In this document: piece by piece, positions 24,958 to 34,561 of the stretch
Position numbering within the stretch: position 1 is the first letter of the stretch
Layout of the letters: each line of letters starts with the position of its first letter
Position numbers and translations under genes: made by a program
Notes under the pieces: model-generated
What the model was told of the DNA's origin: nothing
Seen by the model: the letters and a program-made list of their open reading frames with translations, nothing else
Database searches by the model: none
Source of the DNA: Candidatus Nezhaarchaeales archaeon
GTDB taxonomy: Archaea; Thermoproteota; Methanomethylicia; Nezhaarchaeales; WYZ-LMO8
Assembly: GCA_038887515.1 (NCBI GenBank)
Contig: JAWAKK010000002.1
Location: 224,001-288,000, forward strand
Length of the DNA: 64,000 bases
Reading direction: 5' to 3'

Positions 24958-25701
24958 ATGGTTGGAGAGGAGTCCCTAACTATCGGGGAACTAAGGGATG
25001 TGTGGAGCAGGGTTACGTACGTAGCTAGCGGATGCAAAGCCCTGGATAGACTCCTTGGAGGGGGCTTCCCCTCGTCGCACGTAACCTTAGTGTACGGCGA
25101 AAGGTCTTCCGGCAAGACTCAGCTCTGCCATCAAGTTGTTACGCACCACTTAATTAATAACCCGACGTCCTTCGCCGTGTACATCGATATAGATTCGACC
25201 TTCTCTCCATCGAGGGTAGCTAGCATAGCGTCTCGCAATGGCGTTTCAGACCCTAAGGACGTCTTATCGAGGATACTATACTATAAACCGACAACCTTCA
25301 ACGATCAAGATCGCATGCTGGACCTCTTAGACAACCTCTACGCGAGCATGCCCCACAAGCTCCTAGTCGTAGACTCTCTATCCTCGATAGTCAGGGGGGA
25401 ATACGGGATCGCTATAGTAGAAATGCAGAGGGCAATGTCGAGCTACATCAGGAGATTGCAGGAGTACGCTATGAAGAGGAATGTAGCTGTCATAGCTACC
25501 GATAACGTTCGCTTAGTGAAGATTCAGGATAGAGAGCTCCTAGTACCCGTATCCTTCCAAGCACTGGAGATATCAACAACGCGTCTGAGGCTTATAAGGG
25601 GACCTGGAAATAGAAGATTATGCCGATTAGAGGCATCACCAATACTGCCCGAGAGCGAAGCCCTATTCCTCATAGGAGAGGAGGGTTTAATGGATATATA
25701 A
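24958..25701 (+). CDS. RadA/Rad51 paralog lacking the N-terminal HhH domain (RadB-like)
   Basis: SGCKALDRLLGGG, Walker A GERSSGKTQ, YIDIDSTF, Walker B LLVVDS, SPILPESEALFLIGEEGLMD. Confidence 0.85.
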   Translation: MVGEESLTIGELRDVWSRVTYVASGCKALDRLLGGGFPSSHVTLVYGERSSGKTQLCHQVVTHHLINNPTSFAVYIDIDSTFSPSRVASIASRNGVSDPKDVLSRILYYKPTTFNDQDRMLDLLDNLYASMPHKLLVVDSLSSIVRGEYGIAIVEMQRAMSSYIRRLQEYAMKRNVAVIATDNVRLVKIQDRELLVPVSFQALEISTTRLRLIRGPGNRRLCRLEASPILPESEALFLIGEEGLMDI

Positions 25702-25757
25702 CCTTCTCTACGATAATCTAATCCGTTTAGAGCTTAATTAATTCATGTCTCCCTACT

Positions 25758-26309
25758 TCAGTCGCTGGTCGAGAATTCGCTCCTACACTCTTCGCATAGG
25801 AAGTGGCCATTGACTTCTCTAAGATCCTCGCTCCACTCTCCACAGATCTCGCAGTAGCCTGCTTGGACTTCCCTTACGTATCGCTCCTCTATTTCCCTCT
25901 TAGAAGTTAATATTTCGATGAGTGCCGGTGCAACCCTTAAAACGTCTCTCTCAGTGATTATCCCTACAAGCCTCCCCTTATCGAGCACTACAAGCCTCCT
26001 AACCCTGTTTCTAGCCATCTTCGACATGGCTGCTATCAGGGGGACCTGAGGGTCGATGGTTATGAGGGGGGACGACATGACCTCCCTACACGTAATTTCA
26101 TCACCATTGAATCCCTTAGCCATAACTCTAGAGATCAAGTCTCTCTCGGTAACTATACCTATCGGCCTACCTTGATGGTCTGTTACAACGACGCATCCTA
26201 TCCCATACTTGTCCATAAGCATTGCGGCCCTCCTAGCCTTCTCACTTGCATCTACGGTTACAACGTCGCTCGTCATAACGTCCGCCACTTTAACGTTAGG
26301 CGCACTCAC
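25758..26309 (-). CDS. CBS-pair protein with C-terminal Zn ribbon
   Basis: GIVTERD/GIITERD; CEIC...CEEC. Confidence 0.9.
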   Translation of the reverse strand: MSAPNVKVADVMTSDVVTVDASEKARRAAMLMDKYGIGCVVVTDHQGRPIGIVTERDLISRVMAKGFNGDEITCREVMSSPLITIDPQVPLIAAMSKMARNRVRRLVVLDKGRLVGIITERDVLRVAPALIEILTSKREIEERYVREVQAGYCEICGEWSEDLREVNGHFLCEECRSEFSTSD

Positions 26310-26396
26310 CCTAGCAATGCCTCCTTCCGCTTGAAAATTCTTTAAATCCCTTTAAAAAGGCTATCGCTCTTCTAGGCTTCTTTCAATCGTTCTTCT

Positions 26397-28370
26397 TCAT
26401 TGACGTCCCTTCCCTATCATCTTGACTGGACCGTGAGGCAATACCTTGAGTACATCTTCAACCGTTATCGTTTTCTCCGAAGCTGTAGACTTAAGCTCAT
26501 CATTAAAAATCTTAGCTATCCTAGTTGCTGCACGCCCCTTCTCCTCATCTCCTGGAACCAGTAACACGTAGGCTATAGCTTGTTTAGCTATTGCTGATGG
26601 AGGGCCCGACACCACAAGTACATCACCGTTGATAATCATTAGGCCGACGGCCAGCTTAAGCTCGACGCCCCTTAAATAGTTCCTTGTCCCCCTAATCATG
26701 AAGGAGCCCTTAGGCAAATACTCGCCGGAAGGAGGCGTCTTAGATACTTGCTCTCCATAAACCCAATAGACGTCTATAGATCCAAAGCCAGCCTTCCAAG
26801 CCTTTGAGTAACATGCAGCGTACTGAGCTGCTTCGACAATAGTGTTTAAGGGGACCTCTCGCCCTTCGCTCTTTACTATTACTGTGGCCGCTCCAACAAT
26901 ATCTGCGTGGAAGAACAGGTCCCTATCTTCAAGGTACTTCTTTACCAGCACTTCGTTTTGGGCTGCATCTTTACCGGCAACGACTAGAAAGCCTTCGCTC
27001 GACTTAAACCACAAGTACTTCTCGTACCAGTACTTCTGCTCCCTCCTCTTCCTTATCTTCTCTTCTGCTTCTTCTACGAGCTTCTTCTCCTCCTCTATCA
27101 GAGAGGTTAGCTTAGAATCCAACTCTACGAGGGCCTTCCTGCTCGACTCTAACTTCCTCTTAAGGCTCTTCAACTCGCCATACAAGCTAGATATGTTAGA
27201 CATTAAGCTCTCGCAAGGCTTTAACGTTAGTTCTACTCCTTCAATCCCAACCTTAACGGTTCGTGCCTTCCGATCTACTTCGAGAACGCTGAAGCCTTCA
27301 ATCTTAGGTTTACAAGCGGACTCTACACCGCGATCCATAGCCTCCTTAAGCTCGTCAAGAAAGCCTTGAAGGTCTTCGTAGTTCCTCTTTAGGAAGTCTA
27401 TTACCCTCCTTAACCCTTCGACCTTAGCCTCAAGTTCAGCTATCCTTAATTTGACTTCCCTAATAGAGGCCTCAACCTTAGCCCTCTCCCTTTCGACCTC
27501 CTTTCCTTTGAGAAGGCTCTCTTTAACCTCTTCATAGAAGAATTCAGCTACAGCTTCGTAGAATTGGCTGTACGACTTCTTCTCGCAGCCGCTGTAGATC
27601 ACGAAGTCCACGGGGACTACCGAGAACGGCTTGCCATCCACGTACACGATATTAGGGTTGGGGTTTTCTACTAAGTCCAGTAGTTTACGGGTAGCTTCAA
27701 CTATCCTTCCTACTTCTTCATCGGAGCTGACTTCGAAATCCGGACTTATAGAGCTCCTTGCTAAAACCTCGTAAGCCAGCTCGGGAGATCCTACTAATGC
27801 TAAAGCCGCGTAAAACGCTTTTTTCCTACCACACTTAATTGCTTCTAAGACTTTCTCTACATCTAAGTTGAGCACGGTGTTTGGCGGAAGCTGATACTTT
27901 AACCCCCTCCTTAAAGCCCTATCCTTGTACTCGACTTCTCTATAGGTAGCTATGATCGTTGCATCGGGACCGCATAAAACTAAGTTGCCTTCTCTTACGA
28001 GTTCGATTATTAGCTCGTAGGAGCAATCCTTACCTTCAACCTTTATATTAACTATCCTATCGAAGCCAACTTGGTCGACCGCCGTTATCCTCGTCCTCCT
28101 CAAATATTTCCTTAAAAGCCTACATAGGGTAGGAGGTTGCGCGGGCTTCTCTACATCATAACTAGAGATGCAGATCCAATTAGGAAGTTTAGTTGCTAGG
28201 ATCCTCGTAGCACCATCGTTACACCTTATCTTCAACATTACTATGTCGCCGATCATGTACACGTTGATTATTACGCCGCCTACTATCAGTTGCTTCATCT
28301 CCTTAATTAATGCCCTTAGGTCCAAGGCTGAGATGGATCTCTTAGCCCTTAACTTTGTCAATGCCGTCAT
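26397..28370 (-). CDS. rqcH: Ribosome quality control protein Rqc2/NEMF (NFACT)
   Basis: FDRIV, LIIELVREGNLVL, coiled coil, WYEKYLWF.SSEG.LVVAGKDA.QNE, FHAD, VSKTPPSGEYL.KGSFMIRG. Confidence 0.93.
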   Translation of the reverse strand: MTALTKLRAKRSISALDLRALIKEMKQLIVGGVIINVYMIGDIVMLKIRCNDGATRILATKLPNWICISSYDVEKPAQPPTLCRLLRKYLRRTRITAVDQVGFDRIVNIKVEGKDCSYELIIELVREGNLVLCGPDATIIATYREVEYKDRALRRGLKYQLPPNTVLNLDVEKVLEAIKCGRKKAFYAALALVGSPELAYEVLARSSISPDFEVSSDEEVGRIVEATRKLLDLVENPNPNIVYVDGKPFSVVPVDFVIYSGCEKKSYSQFYEAVAEFFYEEVKESLLKGKEVERERAKVEASIREVKLRIAELEAKVEGLRRVIDFLKRNYEDLQGFLDELKEAMDRGVESACKPKIEGFSVLEVDRKARTVKVGIEGVELTLKPCESLMSNISSLYGELKSLKRKLESSRKALVELDSKLTSLIEEEKKLVEEAEEKIRKRREQKYWYEKYLWFKSSEGFLVVAGKDAAQNEVLVKKYLEDRDLFFHADIVGAATVIVKSEGREVPLNTIVEAAQYAACYSKAWKAGFGSIDVYWVYGEQVSKTPPSGEYLPKGSFMIRGTRNYLRGVELKLAVGLMIINGDVLVVSGPPSAIAKQAIAYVLLVPGDEEKGRAATRIAKIFNDELKSTASEKTITVEDVLKVLPHGPVKMIGKGRQ

Positions 28371-28423
28371 CTTGCACTTAAGTTTTATTAGAAAGGGTAA
28401 AAATTAAAGATTCGCGAGACCAA

Positions 28424-28738
28424 ATGAGACCTGGAACGAAGGTTTACGTAGCTAGGATAGCCTTCGCAATCTTAGCTGGGCTCTTAAGCGCATTAATAAA
28501 TCCGCTATACCTTACGTTTCAATCTCATGGCGTTGCAGCATCGGTTTTACCGATCATAATCGCGATATTCTTATACGTTGCCTCCTACTATTTCGTGAAG
28601 AAAGTAATTAAGCTTCAACAATCAGGCTTCAACGAACCTTCCTACATCTATAGGGGAGGGCTATTCACATACATATTCATGTGGATAGTGACGTGGTCGT
28701 TAGTAGCTTCACTACTACATCCTTTCTTAATACAATGA
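28424..28738 (+). CDS. Three-TM membrane protein, EMC6/Rab5IF-like
   Basis: R....AILAGLLSAL in TM1 and GGLFTYIFMWIVTWSL in TM3 resemble the EMC6 family. Confidence 0.6.
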   Translation: MRPGTKVYVARIAFAILAGLLSALINPLYLTFQSHGVAASVLPIIIAIFLYVASYYFVKKVIKLQQSGFNEPSYIYRGGLFTYIFMWIVTWSLVASLLHPFLIQ

Positions 28739-28760
28739 CCGCTCTGTAAAGGTAAAGATC

Positions 28761-30092
28761 ATGAGGACCCTAATACACAATTGTAGAATTTACGCAGATG
28801 GTAGGGTAGTTGAGAATTGCTACTTGCTTGTAGATGCACCCTTCATATCCGACCTTGGAGTAGACGATGTAACTGTAAGCTCCTACGACGTCAAACTGAA
28901 CGCTCAAGGGAGGCTTCTGATCCCAGGGTTAATAGACGTTCACGTACACCTAAGGGATCAACAACTCTCGTACAAGGAGGACTTTAGGAGTGGAACTGCC
29001 AGTGCAGCACTTGGAGGTGTAACTTCGGTAATAGATATGCCCAACAACCTTCCACCCACCGACACACCATCAAGACTAATCGAGAGGATCAACTTAGCTA
29101 AAGAAAGGATCTTAGCGAACGTTGGATTCGCCTGCAAGCCATCACTAAACCACGAAGTCAACATAGAGTTAGCTAGGGCTGGGGCTATAGCCTTCAAGGT
29201 CTTTGTCTACGAATACATGAATTGTGGGACGATAGACCTCTATTCCATAGATAACGTAATGTCCTCTATCTCCAAGGTCAACAGGGTCTTAATGTTGCAC
29301 TGCAACGTAAAATCGTCGTTTCCGGAGGCCCTTGAGCTCGCGAAGAAGAAAAACATGGCTAAGCTCTGTAGAGTTGAAAAGAAGTTGACCGAAAATGTCT
29401 TGAGCATTGCGAAGGCACATGGAGTTAAGCTACACTTCTGTCACGTTAGCAGCCCAAAAGCTGCTGAGGTTATTAACTTACAGAGGGGCTCTATTCATGC
29501 AACATGTGAAGCAACAATACACCACTTATTCCTAGACTACACGGTTCTCGAGAAGTTTGGTTCGCTTGCTCACGTCGATCCACCACTCAAAAGTAAGTTT
29601 ACGGCTCGCCTGCTCTTCGACAAGCTCAGGAGAGGGGTAATAGATATGGTAGTCAGCGACCACGCTCCTCACGCACTCGCTGAAAAGTGTGGAGAAGACC
29701 CTAAGCCGGGATTTCCAAATCTACAGCTCATGATGCCGATGCTAATGACTCAAGTTAAGAGGGGTAGGTTGACCTTAGACTTCGTAGTGGAAAGGGGCTC
29801 TGCAAAGCCCGCCGAGATATTTGGAGTAGAGAAGAGGGGAGCTTTAAGGAAGGGGTACTATGCTGACTTAGTAGAGTTGGACTTAAAGAGGAGACTGAAG
29901 GTTAAGAGCGAGCTACTAGTTTCAAAGGCTAAGTATACGCCGTTCGAGGGTATGACTTTGGTAGGAGTACCAGTTAGAACTTACGTTAACGGCTTGTGCG
30001 TTAACGACGACTATACTATAGTTGGGAGAGGCGGAGAGGGAACAATACTCCTTCCTGGTGATGCGTGTGGCGTCGGAAAAGCTTCTGCTTGA
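28761..30092 (+). CDS. pyrC: Dihydroorotase (amidohydrolase family)
   Basis: PGLIDVHVHLRD, GGVT..DMPN, HFCHVS, CEATIHHL, SDHAPH, SKAKYTPFEG. Confidence 0.85.
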   Translation: MRTLIHNCRIYADGRVVENCYLLVDAPFISDLGVDDVTVSSYDVKLNAQGRLLIPGLIDVHVHLRDQQLSYKEDFRSGTASAALGGVTSVIDMPNNLPPTDTPSRLIERINLAKERILANVGFACKPSLNHEVNIELARAGAIAFKVFVYEYMNCGTIDLYSIDNVMSSISKVNRVLMLHCNVKSSFPEALELAKKKNMAKLCRVEKKLTENVLSIAKAHGVKLHFCHVSSPKAAEVINLQRGSIHATCEATIHHLFLDYTVLEKFGSLAHVDPPLKSKFTARLLFDKLRRGVIDMVVSDHAPHALAEKCGEDPKPGFPNLQLMMPMLMTQVKRGRLTLDFVVERGSAKPAEIFGVEKRGALRKGYYADLVELDLKRRLKVKSELLVSKAKYTPFEGMTLVGVPVRTYVNGLCVNDDYTIVGRGGEGTILLPGDACGVGKASA

Positions 30093-30555
30093 TAGCATGT
30101 GCGGGAAGCTAGCCCGCTGGCTCCGTTTCTTGGGCTTCGACGTCGAGTACATTAAAGAGGCTGACGACGAATCGCTCATTGCTGAAGCCGAAAGGTCCGG
30201 GAGGACCATAGTTACGAGGGATCAAGAACTCCACAATAGGTCTATCAGGAGGGGGATCAAGTCTATACTTCTTAAGTCCACGGACCACGTGGAAAATATG
30301 TGCGTACTACTTCGAGAACTGGGTGTTAAGATATCCCTTCCTCCAAAGGAAACTCGATGTCCCATATGCAACAACATACTCAAGGAGGTGAAGTCGAACT
30401 CTATAATACACTTGCTACCTTCAGAGGAACTTGCTCGTCGATACAAGAAGTTTTGGCTATGCGAAAGCTGCAATAAAGCCTATTGGGTAGGCTCTCACTG
30501 GCGAAACATTAAGAAGATATTAAGCCAAGTAGAGAAATGTATTGAGGAGGGCTAA
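30061..30555 (+). CDS. Mut7-C RNase (PIN) domain protein with Zn ribbon
   Basis: DSMCGKLARWLRFLGFD, IVTRD, RCPICN, CESCNKAYWVGSHW; start moved from track start 30022. Confidence 0.9.
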   Translation: MRVASEKLLLDSMCGKLARWLRFLGFDVEYIKEADDESLIAEAERSGRTIVTRDQELHNRSIRRGIKSILLKSTDHVENMCVLLRELGVKISLPPKETRCPICNNILKEVKSNSIIHLLPSEELARRYKKFWLCESCNKAYWVGSHWRNIKKILSQVEKCIEEG

Positions 30556-30558
30556 GCT

Positions 30559-31170
30559 TTGGCGCCTCTATCCGAAGAAGAAGGAGCTTTCCTAGTAAGG
30601 CTTGCGAGGAAAGCTGTAAGCGAGTACTTCTCTTCTAAGAGGGTTATGAGTCCTCCATCCGATGCTCCTTATAAGCTCTACGAGAAGCGAGGCGTTTTCG
30701 TAACTATAGAGTCTTATCCTAGCCGTGAGCTACGGGGTTGTATAGGCTTCCCGGAGCCCGTATACCCTTTAGTAGAGGCAACTATAAGGGCATCTCTAGC
30801 ATCTGCATTTGAAGATCCAAGGTTCCCGCCTCTACGCGCCTCGGAACTTAAAGGTGTCGTCTTTGAAGTTAGCGTGTTAACGCCACCCCAATTAGTTAAA
30901 GCGTCAAAGCCAGCGGAGTATCCTTCCATGATAAAGGTTGGGGTGGATGGCTTGATCGTGGAGAGGGGCATCTTTAAGGGTCTCCTCCTACCCCAAGTAG
31001 CTGTTGAATACGGTTGGGACGAAGAAGAGTTCTTAACTCAATGTTGCTTGAAAGCTCTACTACCTCCTGATGCTTGGCTGGACCCTCGTACTAAGATATA
31101 TAAGTTCCAAGCTGAAATCTTCGAGGAGGAAGCTCCTGAAGGATCGATAAAGAGGAAGAAGCTAGGTTAA
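30559..31170 (+). CDS. AMMECR1 family protein
   Basis: GVFVTI, LRGCIG, AFEDPRF, GLLLPQVA, CLKA. Confidence 0.93.
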   Translation: MAPLSEEEGAFLVRLARKAVSEYFSSKRVMSPPSDAPYKLYEKRGVFVTIESYPSRELRGCIGFPEPVYPLVEATIRASLASAFEDPRFPPLRASELKGVVFEVSVLTPPQLVKASKPAEYPSMIKVGVDGLIVERGIFKGLLLPQVAVEYGWDEEEFLTQCCLKALLPPDAWLDPRTKIYKFQAEIFEEEAPEGSIKRKKLG

Positions 31171-31899
31171 GTCTCCGCACACGCAAAACGCTTCCAAAAT
31201 TAGGTCGTGGAGCTTATCTAGCCCAGCCTTCTTTAAGGCTGATATCACTACCGGTCTTGAAGCGCGCTCGTACTTGAAGACGAGGTCCACAAGCTCTAAA
31301 GCGAGGTCAGAAAGCAAATTACTTTTAAAGCCTAGCTCCCTCTTAATTTCGTCGGCCCTCAACGCCAACTTAGATGGATCTACGAGGTCTCCTTTATTGA
31401 TTACAGTAACCGTTGGGATGTCTAGCCTTAGCTCAATTATAAGCGAAAGCATCTTTATCACTAGGTACTCGCTGGCATCACGCATAGTCTCGGCATCGAC
31501 CATGTAGACGGCCACGGCTCTCCCAAGGTTCTTAACGGCCTTACTTAAAGATGGACCTAGCCCCCTAAAGACGAACAACTCCATTTGACCGGGAGTATCG
31601 ATCAATACGTAGTCGGCTTCCTTCAAAGCTATGCCCTTAACTATATCGTCAATCCTCTCCTCCATGAGCTGAGCGGCCATAACCATTGCTCCATTAGGTC
31701 CAAGGCCTAGTCCTTTCATTACATCGTCGATCCTCACGATCTCCCTTATGTCAAAGGTCGCATTATACGGAACTTGCTCTACTCCGGGGTCTAGATTTAT
31801 GTAGGAGACCTGAAAACCCAATTCCTCCAGCCACTCGCCGAAAGACTTGATTAAGGTAGTTTTTCCGCACCCTGCCGTTCCAACGAAGATGACGTACAA
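31162..31899 (-). CDS. GPN-loop GTPase
   Basis: GTAGCGKT, NLDPG, LGPNG, DTPGQME, NKGD. Confidence 0.93.
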   Translation of the reverse strand: MYVIFVGTAGCGKTTLIKSFGEWLEELGFQVSYINLDPGVEQVPYNATFDIREIVRIDDVMKGLGLGPNGAMVMAAQLMEERIDDIVKGIALKEADYVLIDTPGQMELFVFRGLGPSLSKAVKNLGRAVAVYMVDAETMRDASEYLVIKMLSLIIELRLDIPTVTVINKGDLVDPSKLALRADEIKRELGFKSNLLSDLALELVDLVFKYERASRPVVISALKKAGLDKLHDLILEAFCVCGDLT

Positions 31900-31974
31900 G
31901 AGTATCGTCCCTCATAAGACTTTTACAATGAAGGAGCTTAAAAGCTCAATGCATTAGGGACTGATGGTGAGAGC

Positions 31975-32454
31975 TTGAAGTTAACTTTAAGTAGTAAGAG
32001 GAGGAGTAGGGCAATTTCAACAATCATAGCGACATTAATTCTTATTGGAGTCACAGCGGCTATGGGCTCTTTCATTTACTGGTATGCTGTAACCTACGCC
32101 AAATCAACTTCGAGGATATCGGCGATAGCGATAACGGAGGCAAAAATGAGTAAGACCTCGACGGGGGTTACGAGCGTCCTGGTATCTCTAAGAAACCAGG
32201 GTACTACGGTAATTGAGCTTACTAGCGTTATCGTATACGACGACTATAATAATCCAGTCGACCTGTTAAGTAAAAACGAGACCTTAATATCGCCTAAACC
32301 GGTACAAGAAAAGATATCGTTAAATCCCGGGGACTCCGTGACCGTAGTCTACGTCGGTAAGTTGTCGGTTAGCGTTGGCAAGACCTATACAATAGTCGCG
32401 ATTACGAGTCAAGGAGCGCAACAAGTTACTGCCGAGTGTACCTTTGGTTATTGA
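31975..32454 (+). CDS. Type IV pilin-like protein
   Basis: Class III signal KRRSRA/ISTIIATLILIGV; SLRNQG and LNPGDS beta-sandwich motifs. Confidence 0.85.
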   Translation: MKLTLSSKRRSRAISTIIATLILIGVTAAMGSFIYWYAVTYAKSTSRISAIAITEAKMSKTSTGVTSVLVSLRNQGTTVIELTSVIVYDDYNNPVDLLSKNETLISPKPVQEKISLNPGDSVTVVYVGKLSVSVGKTYTIVAITSQGAQQVTAECTFGY

Positions 32455-32471
32455 GGGGGCTACTCTAGCTT

Positions 32472-32909
32472 ATGAGCTTCAAGGGTCTCCTTCTTTCTTT
32501 ATTCGATAAGCATAGAGGGGCTTCAGAGATAGTAGCTGCGGTAATAGTCTTTGCCGTGACATTAACCGTGTCCAGCGCATCCATAACTTTCTTATCGCAG
32601 AGAGCTGGCTTGGCGTCAAGTATAATGCTTCAAGAGTCCAAGAGGGCAATGATAGAGCACTTGGCCTCCGTGAGAGTAGTAGACGTGCTAGAAACTGAAG
32701 ATAATAAAGCAGTCATAGTTCTGTACAATCCGACCGACATGGTTATTCGCATAGTTGCGGTAATAGCGGGCGATAGCCTTCAACGAGTAAACATGTCTCT
32801 AGAACCTGCGGACATAGTCGATCTCTGCGTAGACTCCTCTTGCGATATCGTCTCTAACCATATCTATCTTCTAACTGTGGAGGGTGCTTTAATTGAGGTT
32901 AGACCGTAA
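32472..32909 (+). CDS. Type IV pilin-like protein
   Basis: Class III signal HRG/ASEIVAAVIVF. Confidence 0.75.
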   Translation: MSFKGLLLSLFDKHRGASEIVAAVIVFAVTLTVSSASITFLSQRAGLASSIMLQESKRAMIEHLASVRVVDVLETEDNKAVIVLYNPTDMVIRIVAVIAGDSLQRVNMSLEPADIVDLCVDSSCDIVSNHIYLLTVEGALIEVRP

Positions 32910-34560
32910 GGCTTTGAGCTCCTTAATTAGCATAATCATAATGGCCGTACTACTCTCGCTTTCACTAGGTCTGTTTGCTTCACTCCTATCATCCTTCGCT
33001 AATTACGCGAGCACTCTACGTAGGGAGCTCGATTTGGCCAGCGAAGTCGTAGCCGAGGAGAGAATGCTCGTAGATGCTTCTTCGAATGGTACCCACGTAC
33101 TGTTGTCTCTGGCCAATAAGGCTTCGAAAGAAGTGGCTTTGCCCTATCTTGTCTTCAAACATGGAGGGAAGCTGTATGTAGATAGGATCGACTTAAGGGT
33201 TCCACCCCTATCGACCATTCGATTCGCAGTTGCTATACCTAAAGGCTTTTCAAATCCATCGCTTGAAGCAGTCCTAGTAGCTAGGAGAGGTTCTACGTAT
33301 AAAATCGCCCTTCCCTCGAAATCAAGTAATAACACGAACTCCATTGAACCGTACCTGAAGGTGCCGTACGACGACATTTGCCTAATAAATGATGTAGACG
33401 CGGTGGACCGCTTAAAAAGTATTGTAGTTACTTCATACGAGAACGGTGGGATATTGATGATCGACGTTAGGCAACGCTCGCTACTATGGTCGAAAGAGTT
33501 TCTTGGATCAAGAACCGAAAATGTTGCATTCAATGAAGCCTTCAATGCCACCGTGGCATCTATTTCGACTATTAGAGAAGGAGACAGTAAGATACTTAGT
33601 ATAATAACTCTCAGGGATGGGAAGCTTCTTTCTCTCCATAACTTTTACGACTATGTGTACCGTTCTTCATCAGTTAGAGAGTACTTGCATCAGCCCGTTT
33701 TAACTGGAAGAGTTCAAGACTTCATGATCATACCCAAAAGCTATTTTTCGGGCAATTATAGTTCAAATAACTACTGGCTTTTTGAAGTTAGGGCTTACTT
33801 ACATATCATTAAACCATCATCACCATCGGTGGGGGAAGTTCTTCTCCAAAGGGTCTTAATTTTAGATACGAACACAAGGATAACACCAAGCTATTATCAG
33901 TCAAACCCAGACGTCTTCCCAAAGTTCAAAGTTGTAGGCTACGTCCCTGTAAACAAGAGCTTTAGCATTCTACTAGTTGGTGGAGCGGTTTATCGAGATG
34001 TTGACATCGTTTACGCGAAGTACCGTTGTGACACAGTAAAATCTGGAAGCGACATCCTCGTGCCGCCAACACTCCACGCGCTCAGCAATGGCTCTCCTTC
34101 TTGGTACTTATCCCTAAATTCCTGTGATACATCATTTCCTAATTTCCTGTAACGCATTAACGATGTGATAGCAGTAGCGTCAGGGCCTTATCTCTATTTT
34201 GTTAACAGCAGTAGTCAGGTATTGAAGAGGATCGACTATAGTCCTGAGAAGATAGTGTTCTTAAAGTTCGATGAAAACTACAACAAACTGATAGTTAGTC
34301 TTACCAACGGTGACGTACGAATATTCGATAACAACCTTAAAGAAGAGAGGCGCTTCTCGCGAATAACAACATCACGGATAGTGGACGTAGTCTTGGTGAA
34401 TAGCTCAAAGGTTATAATTTTTAATGAAACTCACGCGTTTAATCCTGAAGATCCTTCCTACATCGTCGCGCTCCCGTCAAAGCCTTGCAAGGCCATTTTG
34501 CTAGACGCATGGGGAGTACTAGTAGCTTCGCGTTCAGGGCTCCTCTACATAAAAACTTGA
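32893..34560 (+). pseudogene. Large pilin-type adhesin with beta-propeller-like C-terminus, split by an in-frame TAA at 34150-34152
   Basis: Class III signal RKA/LSSLISIII; track ORFs 32893-34152 and 34165-34560 share a frame and are separated by one TAA; real lesion, sequence error or two genes cannot be distinguished. Confidence 0.55.
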
Positions 34561-34561
34561 G

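Noticed and set aside
34150-34152. Selenocysteine or pyrrolysine recoding
   Set aside because: The stop is TAA, not TGA or TAG.
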